Position numbers and translations under genes: made by a program
Notes under the pieces: model-generated
Told to the model about the DNA's origin: nothing
Database searches by the model: none
What the model saw: only the letters and a program-made list of their open reading frames with translations
Shown here: positions 25,930 to 39,171 of the stretch, piece by piece
Layout: each line of letters begins with the position of its first letter
How positions within the stretch are numbered: position 1 is the stretch's first letter
Assembly (NCBI GenBank): GCA_964016885.1
Contig: OZ024742.1
Location: 217,930,001-217,994,000 of the forward strand
Direction: 5' to 3'
From: Eledone cirrhosa
Taxonomy: Eukaryota
Length of the DNA: 64,000 nt

Positions 25930-26221
25930 GAGGTGATGGTGGTGGTGGTGGTGGTAGTAGAGGTGGTGATAGTGATGGTGGGTGATGATGGTGGTGGTGG
26001 TGGTGGTGGTAGTAGTAGAGGTGGTGATAGTGATGGGGGGGGGGGGGTTGTAGAATGTGGTGATAGTGATGGTGGTGGTGGTAGTGATGCTGGTGGTGGT
26101 GGTGCTAGTAGAGGTGGTGATAGTGATGGTGGGTGGTGGTGGTGGTGGTGCTGGTAGAGGTGGTGGTGCTGGTAGAGGTGGTAGTGGTGCTAGTAGAGGT
26201 GGTGATAGTGATGGTGGGTGG

Positions 26222-26252
<31 letters not shown>

Positions 26253-26750
26253 AGAGGTGGTGGTAGTGATGCTGGTGGTAGTAGTGCTAGTAGAGGTGGT
26301 GGTAGTGATGCTGGTGGTGGTGGTGCTAGTAGAGGTGGTGATAGTGATGGTGGGTGGTGGTGGTGGTGGTGGTGGTGCTGGTAGAGGTGGTGGTAGTGAT
26401 GCTGGTGGTGGTGGTGCTAGTAGAGGTGATGGTGGTGGTGGTGGTGGTAGAGGTAGAGGTGGTGGTGGTGCTAGTAGAGGTGGTGATAGTGATGGTGGTG
26501 ATGGGGACGGTGGTGGTGATGGTGCCAGTTATGGTGGTGGTGATTGTGGTGATGGTGTTGATGATGGTGGTAGTAGAGGCGGTGATAGTATGGGTGATGG
26601 TGGTGATGATGCTGATGGCAACGGTGATGGATGGGGACGGTAGTAGTGATGGTGCCAGTGATGACGATGGTGATTGTGATGATGGTGTTGATGATAATTA
26701 TGATGATGATAATGATTATAAGATTGATGGTGGTCGGAGTAGCTGTTAGT
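25930..26750. repeat. Degenerate GGT/GAT trinucleotide array
   Basis: Low-complexity ggt/gat sequence with short local duplications. Confidence 0.85.
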
Positions 26751-26851
26751 GTTTATGGCAATAGTGTTGGTATGGATATTACTACTATTGCTACTATTGT
26801 TGTTGCTGTTGATGTTGTGGCTGGTGGTGTTGTGATCACTGCCATTAATAT

Positions 26852-27105
26852 GGTCGATAAAATAAAGTACCAGTAATACACTGGGTAATTGATGGCCTTG
26901 TGCCTAAAGTAGAAACAATTATTATGTTCAGTATCGGTAGAGGGTTGGACGCCATGCTTTCCAGCATAGTTACGTCCCTTTATGGTCTGAGTTCAAATCC
27001 CGCCGAGGTTAACTTTGCCTTTCATCCTTACAGGGTCGATAAAATAAAGTACCGGTAATGCACTGGGTAATTGCTGGCCTTGTGACTAAAGTAGAAACAA
27101 TTATT
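26852..27105 (+). mobile_element. Nin-type SINE preceded by a tandem copy of its own 3' half
   Basis: ggtcgataaaataaagtacc...agtagaaacaattattat appears twice, at 26852-26924 and 27034-27107. Confidence 0.85.
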
Positions 27106-27937
27106 ATAAGAAAATGGGAGCCTACGCGTTGGCCTCTCCGCGGTCCCGGCGGACAGAGTATAGAAGGCGTTTCCCGGGGGATGGTGAGGGAGGCGCGTTG
27201 GAAGAGACATTCCAGCTCGCAAGGCCCACACCAACTCATCTTTGATAATAAGTCTGCAGAATGAGAAATTAACAACAGCAATAATACCATTTCCCTATAA
27301 TACTCAATGTAGTCACTTGATCTACTAGAAATAACAACCAAATCCCTTATATAACATCGTGGTATCTTAAAATGGGGAAGGATGTACATACACTGTGCAA
27401 GGATAAAAGATGGGATAGTCATGACTGAAATGTCCATTCAGTGCTGATTTAGGGCTAAACAACGGCAACACAAATCAAGAAAAGATTCTACTGGGTTACT
27501 CGATATGCTGGAAATAGCAACCAAATTCTTTCTCGTATATATCATGTGTATATAATGTGTATTATAAGCAGAACTTAAGCATGTTCCATGCACTTCTGTT
27601 CCCATTAGGGTTGGTATTGATGTTACATTCTCAACACTGGCTAATCCACTTCCACCAGTAGTCCTCTATCCTCGGCATGGTTGGCAGCTTCACTAAATCT
27701 AACATTGCATCTTGCTACGTCAGGACCACATTAAGACCTTTACAGATTCTAAGCATTGAAAAGATTATGGTACTCACATATATATGTATAGTCCCGTGAC
27801 ATACGGCGTTTCTTGGGCATTTAAAGCCTGGCGGAGTCCATCCCTCTCCAAGCCTGAGTACAACAGATTTCTTACAGAGAAAGATAGAAAAAGAGAGAGA
27901 TGGAGGAAAATGAGAAAGAGATATAGATGAAGAATCG

Positions 27938-28080
27938 ACCCCAGTACTAGACTGGTATTTTTTTATCGATCTCGAAAGGATGAAAAGCAAAGTTGACCTC
28001 GGCGGGATTTGAACTCAGAGAGCGGAGAGTCGGAACAAATATCATAAAGCATTCTAACCATTCCGTCAATTCGCCGCCTA
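27938..28080 (-). mobile_element. Nin-type tRNA SINE
   Basis: The reverse complement reads ggcgaattgacggaatggttag...gagttcaaatcccgccgaggtcaactttgcttttcatcc. Confidence 0.8.
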
Positions 28081-28739
28081 TTACTCGCATATACTGCACG
28101 CGAAAAAAAAAAAAAATCAATACACCGTACTGAAAAAACAAAATAAAAAAAAATTTTAAATCCTGAAATTTCTATGAGGCCATTCTTAACTTGTGGTGGC
28201 TTTAAGCACGTGCTTATTTTACTTAATGTTTAATCCAAGGCTGAGCTACAGCCTTATTAACTTTTGAGAAATTATATCTTTCACAAAGCTTCTCTCATAC
28301 ACGGTGAAGATATCTAGCTCTAATTTTGTGGTTAAAAAATTGGCCAGTTGTATATTTTCTTCTCAATATCTTTGAAAAGTAATCTTTTTGAACGTAAAAT
28401 GTTATCAGCTGAAAAAGTCTGCACCTTTGCAATTCGCCATTGTTCGTTATTTGTGAAAAATGAACTACAAGTGCAAATTGCAAAGAAGAGCAATATCCAA
28501 CATTTATCTCCCCTGCAAGTGTTTCTGTTATTGTACAGGCCTCACTGCTTTAGAACAGAACCGTTTTAATGCAAGCATTGAAAATTCACATTATAATTCT
28601 ATAATTCTATTGAACAATTTCAAATAAAGGATAGTTTGTACGTTGCTACTCGTGTTAACTAACGTCTTTGTCTAAATGTATTTCTAAATGCCTACCATGT
28701 GACTTCTAAGATAAAAAAAAATCTTTAAAAGAGCTCCTC

Positions 28740-28910
28740 AGTCGGTTTATATATGATTATGGGGTTCACACCATCAACGAAAATTACTTTGGTATTTAGT
28801 TCATTAAATTTTAGCCCCACTTTCGTAAACGTTGTTTCAACTCTTATCAGTTGTCTTTGAGCTGCCACGGGGTTATCACTTAAAATAGTAGCGTCATCAA
28901 CAATGGCCAC
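28740..28910 (-). mobile_element. LINE RT fragment
   Basis: VDDATILSDN...AQRQL..VE...KVGLKFN..NTK resembles RT motifs 5-7. Confidence 0.55.
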
Positions 28911-29627
28911 TGTAAGAAGTTTAACGCAGTAAATTTATTGGATAACTTTCTCCTGGCAGGAAATCTATTATCCCATTGATTTCTAATTTAGAAACAATGC
29001 CAGCGAATTTCAGTGAAGTTGATAAAATCAACCAACTACTTGACAGGTACTTTATTATATCAGCTCCGGAATTATGAAAGTCAAAGTTGAAATAAGCGGG
29101 ATGTAAAGAACTTGGAATGTAAAGAGCCAGAATAAATACTGAATACGGCAATGGCATATTTTCCATTCGATGCTCTTCCAATTCTGCCAATCCATCACCC
29201 TTGAGCCTTTTACTATTTTACCTACTTTATACAGGTTTGATCTGCGTAGGAAATTAGAACAACTCAGAGAATAAATTCTTCATAGGCATATTTGCATAAA
29301 ATAGTTCGGTTTTTAATGCCCCTCCATCTATTAAATGTTACCCCCAACTTAACTACTGTTTTTTAATAGAAGGTGCCTTTAAGATCTTTAGAAACAAAGC
29401 TAAGTTGAAATGGAATTTTTGTTGTTATTGATGTTTGATTAGTATCAAGTCAGTCGTAATACAGGTCTATCGGTGGTCATCATCTCTTGTTTCCCATACA
29501 TAGTGTCTCGAAAACTCCATTAACTATTGCCATCCCTTTTCAAAAATAGTAAGGTATGTTTTGAGGGAGGTTTGGCTGAGAATGAAGAAAAAGAAGCAAA
29601 AAAAAGAAGCAAAAGCAAAAGCAGTAC

Positions 29628-29741
<114 letters not shown>

Positions 29742-29959
29742 AGACGTGTGTAACTTCGCGGAGAAGTTTCCGTTAATTTATATAAGAAAAAACGTGAGTT
29801 TTTAGTTAAATTTTATATCATTGTGTAACTTGACCCCCCCGTCTGAACCTTCAGGTGGTGGGTCAACTCATTTTCGCCCCTACAGGGGCGGAATATCCAT
29901 TTGAAAAATTTTTTCTCCATCGAATCTTGGAAAAAATATTGTAAAATTTTGATTACGTT

Positions 29960-31873
29960 ATGAACGCTGCGTCCAACGATAATGGTGGTGGAGAGGCGGT
30001 AAGACTACAAAACTCGCAGTCAACAACGTCTTCTTCACTAGATACTATAGAGATGGAAAGACGAAATGAAAATGTAAAAACGAATTCATATTCAAACAAC
30101 ACAAATGACACCAAACAATTCAATGACAACAAAAATAACAGCAACACCAATAATGATGATAAAAGCAACAATGATAACAACAACAAAGAAAAAAATAAAG
30201 ACAACACCAATAACACCAGCACAAAGACAACAACAACACCAAGGAAAATACGAATAATACCAACATCGGTGACAACAAGAATAACAACAAGAATAACAAC
30301 AATAATGACAACACCACCAATACGGATTCCACAAAGAAACCAAAAATCTCCTTTGCAGAGAAAGTTCAAAAAAAGGAGGAATTGATATATCTCGACATAA
30401 CAAATGCTGAACAACTTTTAAAGGACGCTAGGAGATATGTCACTTTCGATAAAAATGGTGCTTTCAGCATCAATTCTCCGGTAGAAATTCGCAAGGAAAC
30501 TGCTCTCAAAACGATAGATTTTAGGACAGTTTCCAATTCTACCCGAAAACCAGTCCAATTGTCACAGAAAGAAATTGAACTGGTTTTCAAAAATTCAATG
30601 AATGATATTGCATTCATTCAAAGAAGCAAACTTTTTGGGAGTATTTCGGTACTCATGAAGGATCAATTGACGGCCCAAAATTACTCTGTGTCGCCAATTG
30701 TATCCAACCTGTACACCTTTTTCCCTACATACATGGGAAAAAGGACACAAAAGATCAGAATCACGAGTGTCACACCAAAGGTGAACATATGGTGGATACT
30801 GTGCGGCTTCATCAATTTTGATGAAAACAGAATATTGTCAGTAGGAAAGTCCCCCAGAGATGTATTCAATGGGACTAGAATTGAAGTTCTGGTGCAAATG
30901 AGCCCAGAGCGAATAGCTATGATCCCACAACGTGTACTCCTGGACGGACTCACCAACATAAACTTTTCGGTTGAGGGTAGGCGGCCTTCATGTTACCATT
31001 GCTTTAGCAGGGGTCACCTGAGGGCTTCCTGTCCCAAATTAATAAACCAAAAAAAAGGCTCTTCTGCCGACACCCATCAAAACAACACAACCACCAACAC
31101 CACCACAACAACAACAACACCAACACACAAAAATAACCACAACAAACACAGCCCCACCCAACCCCACTCCACCTAAAACCACTGCAAAATCACATACAGA
31201 CACAACAGCTCCCCAAGACATACCCCTCCCCAATCACACAGACGATACAACAGATGAGGCTATCTCGCCATCACCCAGTGAAGACGAGGGAGAACCCCAT
31301 CGCTCGAAAAGAAAGAAAAGACATCACAAAAGCAAAAAACCAGCAAACACTACCACAAACATACAACCACCAACAAACAACAAAAACATCACAAACAAAC
31401 CCCCACCCCCTGAAAACAAAATACCTACAACAAAACGAAAGCACACACAAGAACTACAGACAAAAACAAACACAACACAAGAAAATTACACTTACACTTA
31501 CATAAACACTGAAAACAAAACACTAATGGAGACCATCACGAACTCCCCTTCGGTGAAAACCGAAGGGAAAACTTTCGCCCTCTCTATTAAAAATAGCAAA
31601 AAACTTAACCTAAAACTGATTAGGGTCTCTATACAAACTTATAGGTCCCTAAAAGAAACATTTGAGAAGGATGTGGGAAATTCCTGCGTGAAACCACTCA
31701 ACCGCGTCCTTCTCAAATGTCTCCCCACCCCAGACACCCCCATCCCACCAGACCCCACCCCACCAAACATCTCCGTCCCCACCCCGCCGGAAACCACCAC
31801 CCATCCAGATAACCCCTCCAACATCCCCATGGAAATCGTGCGGCCTGGTCCCCAGGAGACGAAGGGTGAGTGA
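29960..31873 (+). pseudogene. Tx1 ORF1 (gag-like, CCHC zinc knuckle), frameshifted
   Basis: The ATG is at 29960 and the frame breaks near the A-run at about 30370. Contains VEGRRPSCYHCFSRGHLRASC and a Thr/Pro-rich C-terminus. Confidence 0.8.
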
Positions 31874-31906
31874 TCTCTTTTCCTCTTTTAACTATTCAGC
31901 ACCAAC

Positions 31907-34900
31907 ATGGCCAATATAAGAGTTGGATGTGTGAACGTACGCGGCCTGGGGATGCCCTGAAAACAGGGCAAACTCTTAAACGACCTCAGGTCGCACAGTT
32001 TGGATGTGGTAGCCATTTGCGAGTCCAGGATCCACAGCGAGCGACAGCTGGCCCCCATCTTCGATGACTTTCAGATCTACGCATCTCTCTGTCAACCGGG
32101 GGGTGTGGGCGGAGTTGCCGTTTTGCTGCGGAAACACCTGGGCCTCGTAACACAGACGGTACATCTGGACCCGGAGGGTCGACTGGTGGTCCTAGACGTT
32201 GACAGTAGTGAAGGTGGAGCCTTCAGGAAGGTGGCCGCATATGCCCCATCCGGGACACCGCGGCCAGACTTCTTCAAACGTCTAGAGACTTTTCTGGGAA
32301 CGTCCCACTCCTTGCTTTTAGTGGGGGACTGGAATGGAATCCTAGATGCACGTTGGGACTATGTGGGAGCATGTCCCGATAAAGGGGGGTGGGGTGGGGT
32401 GTAACAGCCTCAAACAGTTAATCGACCGATTTGACCTGGCCGATAGATATCGACTAGATTTTCCGACTGCGCCACTGTGGACGTGGAGTAATCGTAGCGG
32501 AACATCTAGATCGTACCTAGATAGGGTTCTAGTTAGAAATAAGGATAGGGACATGTTAAGCTGTCCACAAACCTTCATGGTTGCCTATTCAGATCACAAA
32601 CTAGTGACCTGCATAGCCAACCTTGATAGAACCCATAGACAAGGACCCGGCTACTGGAAGCTGAACTTGTCGTTACCGACAAGCAAAGCCTACAGTAGAC
32701 GGATTAGCACTTTAGTTAAACAGCACTTGACAGGGTCCATTGTCAACAACAGATGGTGGTACTCTCTCAAGAGAGCAGTTAGATTAGACTCGATAGTTTT
32801 TAGTAAAGAATTAGCGTTAGATAGAAATAGAACCGAGAAGGAACTGGTAGATAAAGTAGAAGAGGCAATTAGAAGTGGCAACGTAGCCAGCGTGCTAGCA
32901 ACGAGAACGGCCTTGGACCAGCTCTTCGACGCAAAGCACGAGGGCTGCGTTGTCAGAAGCAAAATACGTGCTCAGGGAAACGAGGGAGCCAAAGCTGTTA
33001 GCTGGGCCCGAGTGACGGAGGCAAAAAGTGGCAACAAGTCCACGATTCGGTTTTTGAAGGACCAAAACGGACGCGTGATACGTGAGCCGAAGCAGATGCG
33101 TGCGGCTTTTCAGCGGCACTTTGCTCAGCTGTTCGGGGGGGGGGGGGGCGCCGGGAGAGGCTATGGATTTCGGTCCATACCTCGACGGCCTACCGCGACT
33201 CTCGGACAGCGAGGCAAAGTTCTGCGAAAAGCCGATTTCAGCCACTGAGATAGGGGACGCGCTGAGCCAATGCGGCAAACGTAAATCTCCAGGTCTCGAC
33301 GGTCTACCCTACGAATTTTACGTAGCAATGCCGGACTTATTCTCCGGTCTCCTGGAAGCGGTCTACTGCAACAGGCAACAGAACGGGAGAATTCCCAGTT
33401 CTGTAACCGGGGGCGTGGTCACACTAATCAGGAAGGACGAGAATAAGGGGGATGACATAGGCAACTTCCGGCCCATAACTCTGCTAAACACAGAGTTACA
33501 GATTTTGGCCAAGGTGTTGGCAAAGAGGCTGGCGCTTGTCGTCGAGAACCTGGTGGGAGAAGCGCAGACATGCGCAATCCCGACCAGGTCCATACACGAC
33601 AACCTCCACCTCATGCGATACATCTTAGAGAGGGTAGGGTGTAAACCCGGCTTCGGTGGGGCCCTGATCAACTTGGATCAGTCTAAGGCTTTCGATAGGG
33701 TTGACCATCGTTACCTGGATGCAGTGCTCGAGGCGGCAGGCTTCGGACCCGTGTTCAGGGGCTGGATTGCTGCAATGCACAACAGCAACATCTGCTCAAG
33801 GGTCAAGGTGAACGGCTACCTATCGGAGCCGTTCCATATTACGCGATCCATTCGACAGGGATGCCCTCTCTCCTCCCTTCTGTACGTACTTACTCTCGAG
33901 CCACTACTGCGGAAGTTGGAGCTATTGCAGGGCATCCCTCTGGAACCGGGACGACGTGACAATAATGGTGTCGAGCGCCTCGCAAATCGAGGAAGTCGCC
34001 ACCTTACTGAAGGAATACGAAAGTTTCACAGGAGCGAAGCTGAACCGGGACAAGTCCATCGGTTTGCAAATCGGATCGTGGAGAGGCAAACCGATTCCTT
34101 CCGATGGCGTCGTCGGACGCTGGACGGAAGGACCGGTAAAGCTGCTCGGGGTCTGGTTTGGTCCGGACCTCCAGGTGGAGAAGAACTGGAACGAAGTGAC
34201 GGCCAAGGTGTTTGCACTCACCCAGAAGTGGGCCGAGTGCAAACTATCCTTGAAAGGTCGAGCGGAGGTGGCGAACACTTTTATAGCGTCCGCCATCTAC
34301 TACCGCTTGACCGCCTTGTCCAGCCAAAACGCTCGCCAAAATGGAGCGCGCGCTCTTCCGATTCCTTTGGAAGAGGCGGGCTCCTTTGGTGAGAAGATCC
34401 ATCTGCTGCCAACACCCTTCTAACGGAGGGCTGGGGATGCCGTGGTTGACGATGCGCAAACACGCGCTCAGGCTGCGGCATCTCTACGTATTCCTCACCG
34501 GACAACCGGTGTGGGCCCCGTTCGTGAGGCGAGCCTTCCCACGACTCGTCTCGCTGACCGAGCTGCAGTCCTGGGTCAAGCAAAGACCGAGGAAAATGGG
34601 CGACTGGCACATCGAATGTGCTCAGGCGCTCACAGCCCTCTGGCAGGCGGACCCGGCGATCAGTGGAGACTCCACTTCGTCATTCTACATAGGGTTGGTC
34701 CGCAGCAAGTGCGACGACGCGCTCGGTGAAACTCTAGGCTTAGAGGAAGATGAACTGGCCAGTCTGTTCGGTAGGACCTTCCGCCCGGGACCGATGGACA
34801 ACTTCCAAAAGTCCCTGGCCTGGCAGTGCTACCGAGGAGCTCTACCAGTTCGAGACAAGCTCTACAGATATGGGCGCCCGGGCAGGGACCCTGCAAAAAA

Positions 34901-35321
34901 GATCTGTCCGAGGTGCGTGCGAGACGAAGAAACCGTCGCGCACGCATTCATACACTGCCCGGGCGTCACTGACCTGTGGGGCTATGTAGAACGACTATTG
35001 TCGCGGGTGGGACCAATCCAGTTGACCACCGAGTCCATTGTCTTGATCAAACCGCCACCCTCCTTCAAAAACGAAGGAGAGGCGGTTTTCCTTTGTGTGA
35101 TAGCTATGGCGAAAGAGGTTGTATGGTGGACAAGGTTGAAAGGGCTGAGGTCAGACACCTTTCTCTCCGGCCAACAACTGATTCTTTTTTTCAAATACCA
35201 CTTTGGAATAAGAATCAGGATGGAGAGAGAGATGCTGTACCCCAGCAAGTTTTATGAAAGGTGGGTGATAGTGGCGAGAATGGCCCGAGTGAATGGGCCT
35301 TCTCTCTATATCAGCCTGTAG
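31907..35321 (+). pseudogene. Tx1 ORF2 (APE endonuclease, RT, C-terminal CCHC), several frameshifts
   Basis: Motifs MANIRVGCVNVRGL, AYAP, GDWN, SYLDR, SDHK, GYWKLN, KSPGLDGLP, FRPITLLN, LDQSKAFDRVDH, RQGCPLS and CPRC...ETVAHAFIHC. Breaks fall at G-runs (about 31948, 32385, 33140). A small deletion near 33950 removes the residues before the catalytic DD. Confidence 0.95.
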
Positions 35322-35560
35322 GTTGAGGAAAAAGAGGAGGAGAGGAAAGGAATACAAACTCTTCGTACTCCTGGAGATGAGGGTTGCACACTTTTTTTCG
35401 GGGTTATGTGTTACCCATATGTAATGTCTCCCCCTATTGGGGAAAATCGACTAATTTTTAAATTGCATTTGTGATAATATTTTACACGTTTTTATTGTAT
35501 GTAAACTTCCTCCTTTGTATTTGTCCCCTTCTGTTGTGCCCCTGTGGCTAATAAAGAAAC

Positions 35561-35561
35561 A

Positions 35562-35645
<84 letters not shown>
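35561..35645. repeat. (TATC)n microsatellite, 3' flank of the Tx1 element
   Basis: About 21 tatc units directly after aataaagaaac. Confidence 0.95.
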
Positions 35646-36224
35646 CTTACATCCATTCCTCACGTTCACTCTCTATTTATCTATTTAACCATCTATCTGT
35701 CTATCTTGGTGGATAAGTTGGTGTAATCGACCAGCAGACATATCGCGAAAATAAGAGGTGTGGGTTACTACTGAACCAGAACTAAAAAAACAGGTACAAG
35801 AAAGTGTGTGAGGAAGTAATGGTTGTATGAGTGCTGCACAGTTTGCTTTGGCGTAAAACTGTTGTATGATTTAAATCAACGTTTGCTCTATGTTGAATTT
35901 CTTCGTGATAAAACAACATGCCTGATTCAATCAAACGCCTTCCTAAATTCTGTATACTTCCTAAAGATATGGTATAATCTCTTTGCTTCTGAGAGTAATT
36001 CTTACAAAAGGTGCGAAGGCTGAAGATCAGCACAGTAGTACTTCAATCTTTACAGAAGCTTTGGCTATCATGTTTTCTCCCTGAATCTATTTTGGATTCA
36101 AATCATTACTTTGATTACTTATATGGCTGATCGTGTTGGTGCACTGGTGGAGCTAAAGTGTGTGCCGCCCAGGGCAGCGCTTCAGCTTGCCGTCCTCGAG
36201 TTCCCACAAAAATACATATTGCTC

Positions 36225-36317
<93 letters not shown>

Positions 36318-36438
36318 GAATGTATGTATAGTATATTTGGTAATATACTGTATGTTTAATTAAAAACATTTTGAAGACCTTGCGCTTTTATTTTAAAGTA
36401 GTGACTATGTCACTTACTTCTTTTTTCGGCAAAGGAAA

Positions 36439-36498
36439 GGAGATAAGCTGACAGATTCTGTTTCACACTGTTGGTGTTCCTCAGAGGAACGTACTCCC
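36439..36498 (-). ncRNA. Type I hammerhead motif (left arm; core intact, stem I mismatch)
   Basis: Minus strand reads ggagtacgttcct-CTGAGGA-acac caaca gtgt-GAAA-cag aat ctg-TC-agcttatctcc. Confidence 0.7.
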
Positions 36499-36709
36499 CG
36501 ACCTCTTCCGAAAATTATAGAGGCTGGATTCTTATAGAATTCCAGTAATAATCAGGAACTGATTATACATTCATGTATACACCGCTATTTCAGAGCACCA
36601 ATCCTAATTTTTAATTTTTGCTGGACCGGCAATCGCTCTGTATAATCAGTTCCTGATTATTACTGGAATTCTATAAGAATCCAGCCTCTATAATTTTCGG
36701 CAGAGGTCG

Positions 36710-36770
36710 GGGAGTACGTTGCTCTGGGGAACACCAACAGTGTGAAACAGAATCTGTCAGCTTATCTCCT
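36710..36770 (+). ncRNA. Type I hammerhead motif (right arm; stem I intact, core A>G)
   Basis: Reads ggagtacgttgct-CTGGGGA-acac caaca gtgt-GAAA-cag aat ctg-TC-agcttatctcc. Confidence 0.6.
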
Positions 36771-37804
36771 TTCCTTTGCCGAAAAAGAAGTAAGTGACAT
36801 AGTCACTACTTTAAAATAATAGCGCAAGGTCTTCAAAATGTTTTTAATTAAACATACGGTATATTACCAAATATACTATACATACATTCATGTATACATC
36901 GCTATTTCAGAGCACCAATCCTAATTTATATATATATGCCTCCTTAACCTCTGTATTAACTTGCCTATTATATTGCTACTCTGTTAATGTTGTCTTATAC
37001 ATGTATGTTATTGATGATGAGAAAGCTAGACAACCCTTTCATCTAATATAGACCACATAAATATTACTATCCTCACTACAGTGATAAATTCTTCATCTGT
37101 CAGATAATAAATGATTCTTACGGCCACCAGACCTACATTGTTTAAAGCCACCGGCTTATCTTTACACTATATATAATACACCCCATGACAGCTTTTACAT
37201 GTCAATTTTATACATCTGCCTCATGTCAGCTAGTTTTACACGCTAAAATCGTAGATATACTATACTTCCCACCTAGATTGATGTTGTCATTATTTCAAAT
37301 AATATATTGCTAGCATTGTTAGTATTGTTGTTATTGTTCTGATTGAATGCCATTACTACTATATATAGTAGCCATGCCTGTATATTCCTTTCATTCTCAG
37401 AAGCTCCGATGAATTGACTGGTTATAACTTTGTATTGGTGATCGAATAACGTGAAAACAAGCGGGTAGCGATCTCTAGACCTACCAGTTCAGAGAAACAA
37501 TTGTCAGCAATGAGATTAAAAACCTTTTTTGTATAGCAAACCGTGTCACTCTTCTTTCCTGATTTATCATTACTCTAAGTGTTTACAACATAGGAATTAC
37601 AGCGTACTCGCAACATCACTATGGAAACGCCTTGTTGAGTCAAACTTAGCCAAGCGTTGATATCATCCACTACCCGGAGTACCATAACTGGACTACACTT
37701 AAGTGGATTACCTATAACAATAATTTGTTACTCCGTATATATACATATATATATATATAGTGACGAAACATAAGTCAATTGCATGAACTCATAATTCTTT
37801 ATTT

Positions 37805-37860
37805 ACTGCTATATATATTTCGATGTTAGCCATTGAATGGCTATGACCTCATCAGGCAGT
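37805..37860 (-). ncRNA. Minimal type I hammerhead ribozyme motif
   Basis: Minus strand reads actgc-CTGATGA-ggtca tagccat tca atggcta acatc-GAAA-tatata-TA-gcagt. Confidence 0.8.
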
Positions 37861-37943
37861 TAGTCAGTTCTTAGATATGCCAGCTCTGTGTTTATAGTGT
37901 TGATGGTATCAGAGCCTTGGGACATATCATATATATGTATATA

Positions 37944-38022
<79 letters not shown>

Positions 38023-38493
38023 GGAGGCTTATTAAAATCGAATCTTTGGCGGTGTGCAAGCAAATTCGACCTACGATATGAATGAGTTAGCAAAGCACTC
38101 GACAAGGGTAGGTCCTTAGAGTAATAACATACATTTAAATAGCTTGACAAATTGAACATTGTGGTAGGCAAAATCTAACACAATACCAAAGTAACGAAAG
38201 AACTAACAGGTTGAAAAAATACACCTGGACAAATCAAACGTTATACGTTTAAAGTGTTTCTATGAATCCGAAATCAAATATCAGACTTACGTAACTGGCA
38301 AGCTCGTGGTATTCATGATCGAACAGAGAACTCATTTCATCAACAGGAATTTCGTTCTACCAAAGAACGGGGCGAAATACTGAATGGTGCCGCTAACAGC
38401 AGCGATTCGAACATTTAGTTGTCACGTGTTATTTCCAACAAGGGAAATAACCCCCGGTTTTTTGGCGGGTCATTCAAAGTGTTAGACAAAGGA

Positions 38494-38560
<67 letters not shown>

Positions 38561-38599
38561 AACGTTATATATATATATATATGCGTGCGTTCCCACACG

Positions 38600-38733
38600 T
38601 TATGTCCTTGAGCAAGACACTTTATTTCACGTTGCTCCTTCTAGTTGCGACCGATAGATAGTACTAGCAACTGGAAAGACCAACGCAAACATTGTTTCCT
38701 CGGTCGGTCCGATTTGACGAAAATCGATCGATC

Positions 38734-38737
<4 letters not shown>
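38600..38737 (+). mobile_element. CORE-type SINE, 5'-truncated
   Basis: tgtccttgagcaagacactttatttcacg plus the tail shared with 59779-59997. Confidence 0.8.
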
Positions 38738-38796
<59 letters not shown>

Positions 38797-38801
<5 letters not shown>

Positions 38802-38978
38802 GTGGTAACACAGCAGTTAGTTCACCATACCGACAACACTTGTTTCACCTTAGCGGATCTTCAACTCGGACTGGTCATGGTTATACGCGTATAACCATGA
38901 CCAGTCCGAGCTGAAGATCCGCTAAGGTGAAACAATTGTTCCCGGTATGGTGAACTAACTGTTGTCTTACCACTTCTA
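38797..38978. repeat. Spacer-less 182-bp palindrome
   Basis: The centre is ttatacg|cgtataa at 38887/38888, and the arms match with about 7 mismatches. Confidence 0.95.
38906..38945 (+). ncRNA. Minimal hammerhead motif (right arm of the palindrome)
   Basis: Reads ccgag-CTGAAGA-tccgctaaggt-GAAA-caattg-TT-cccgg. A degenerate mirror copy lies at 38830-38869. Confidence 0.65.
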
Positions 38979-39032
38979 CTTAACTCGTCCTATGGATTGA
39001 GTTCTCTACCACTACGGGTATTACCTTCCACT

Positions 39033-39161
<129 letters not shown>

Positions 39162-39171
39162 GTATATATAT

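Larger units (their letters stand above)
36316..36891. repeat. Fold-back element with about 250-bp inverted arms
   Basis: 36316-36569 is the reverse complement of 36639-36891 with about 6 differences. The start of the spacer recurs as a direct repeat after the right arm (36885-36927). Confidence 0.95.

Noticed and set aside
31866-31899. GTGAGT...polypyrimidine...CAG between Tx1 ORF1 and ORF2 as an intron fusing the ORFs
   Set aside because: It is only 34 nt, and removing it leaves ORF1 out of frame with the ATG at 31907.
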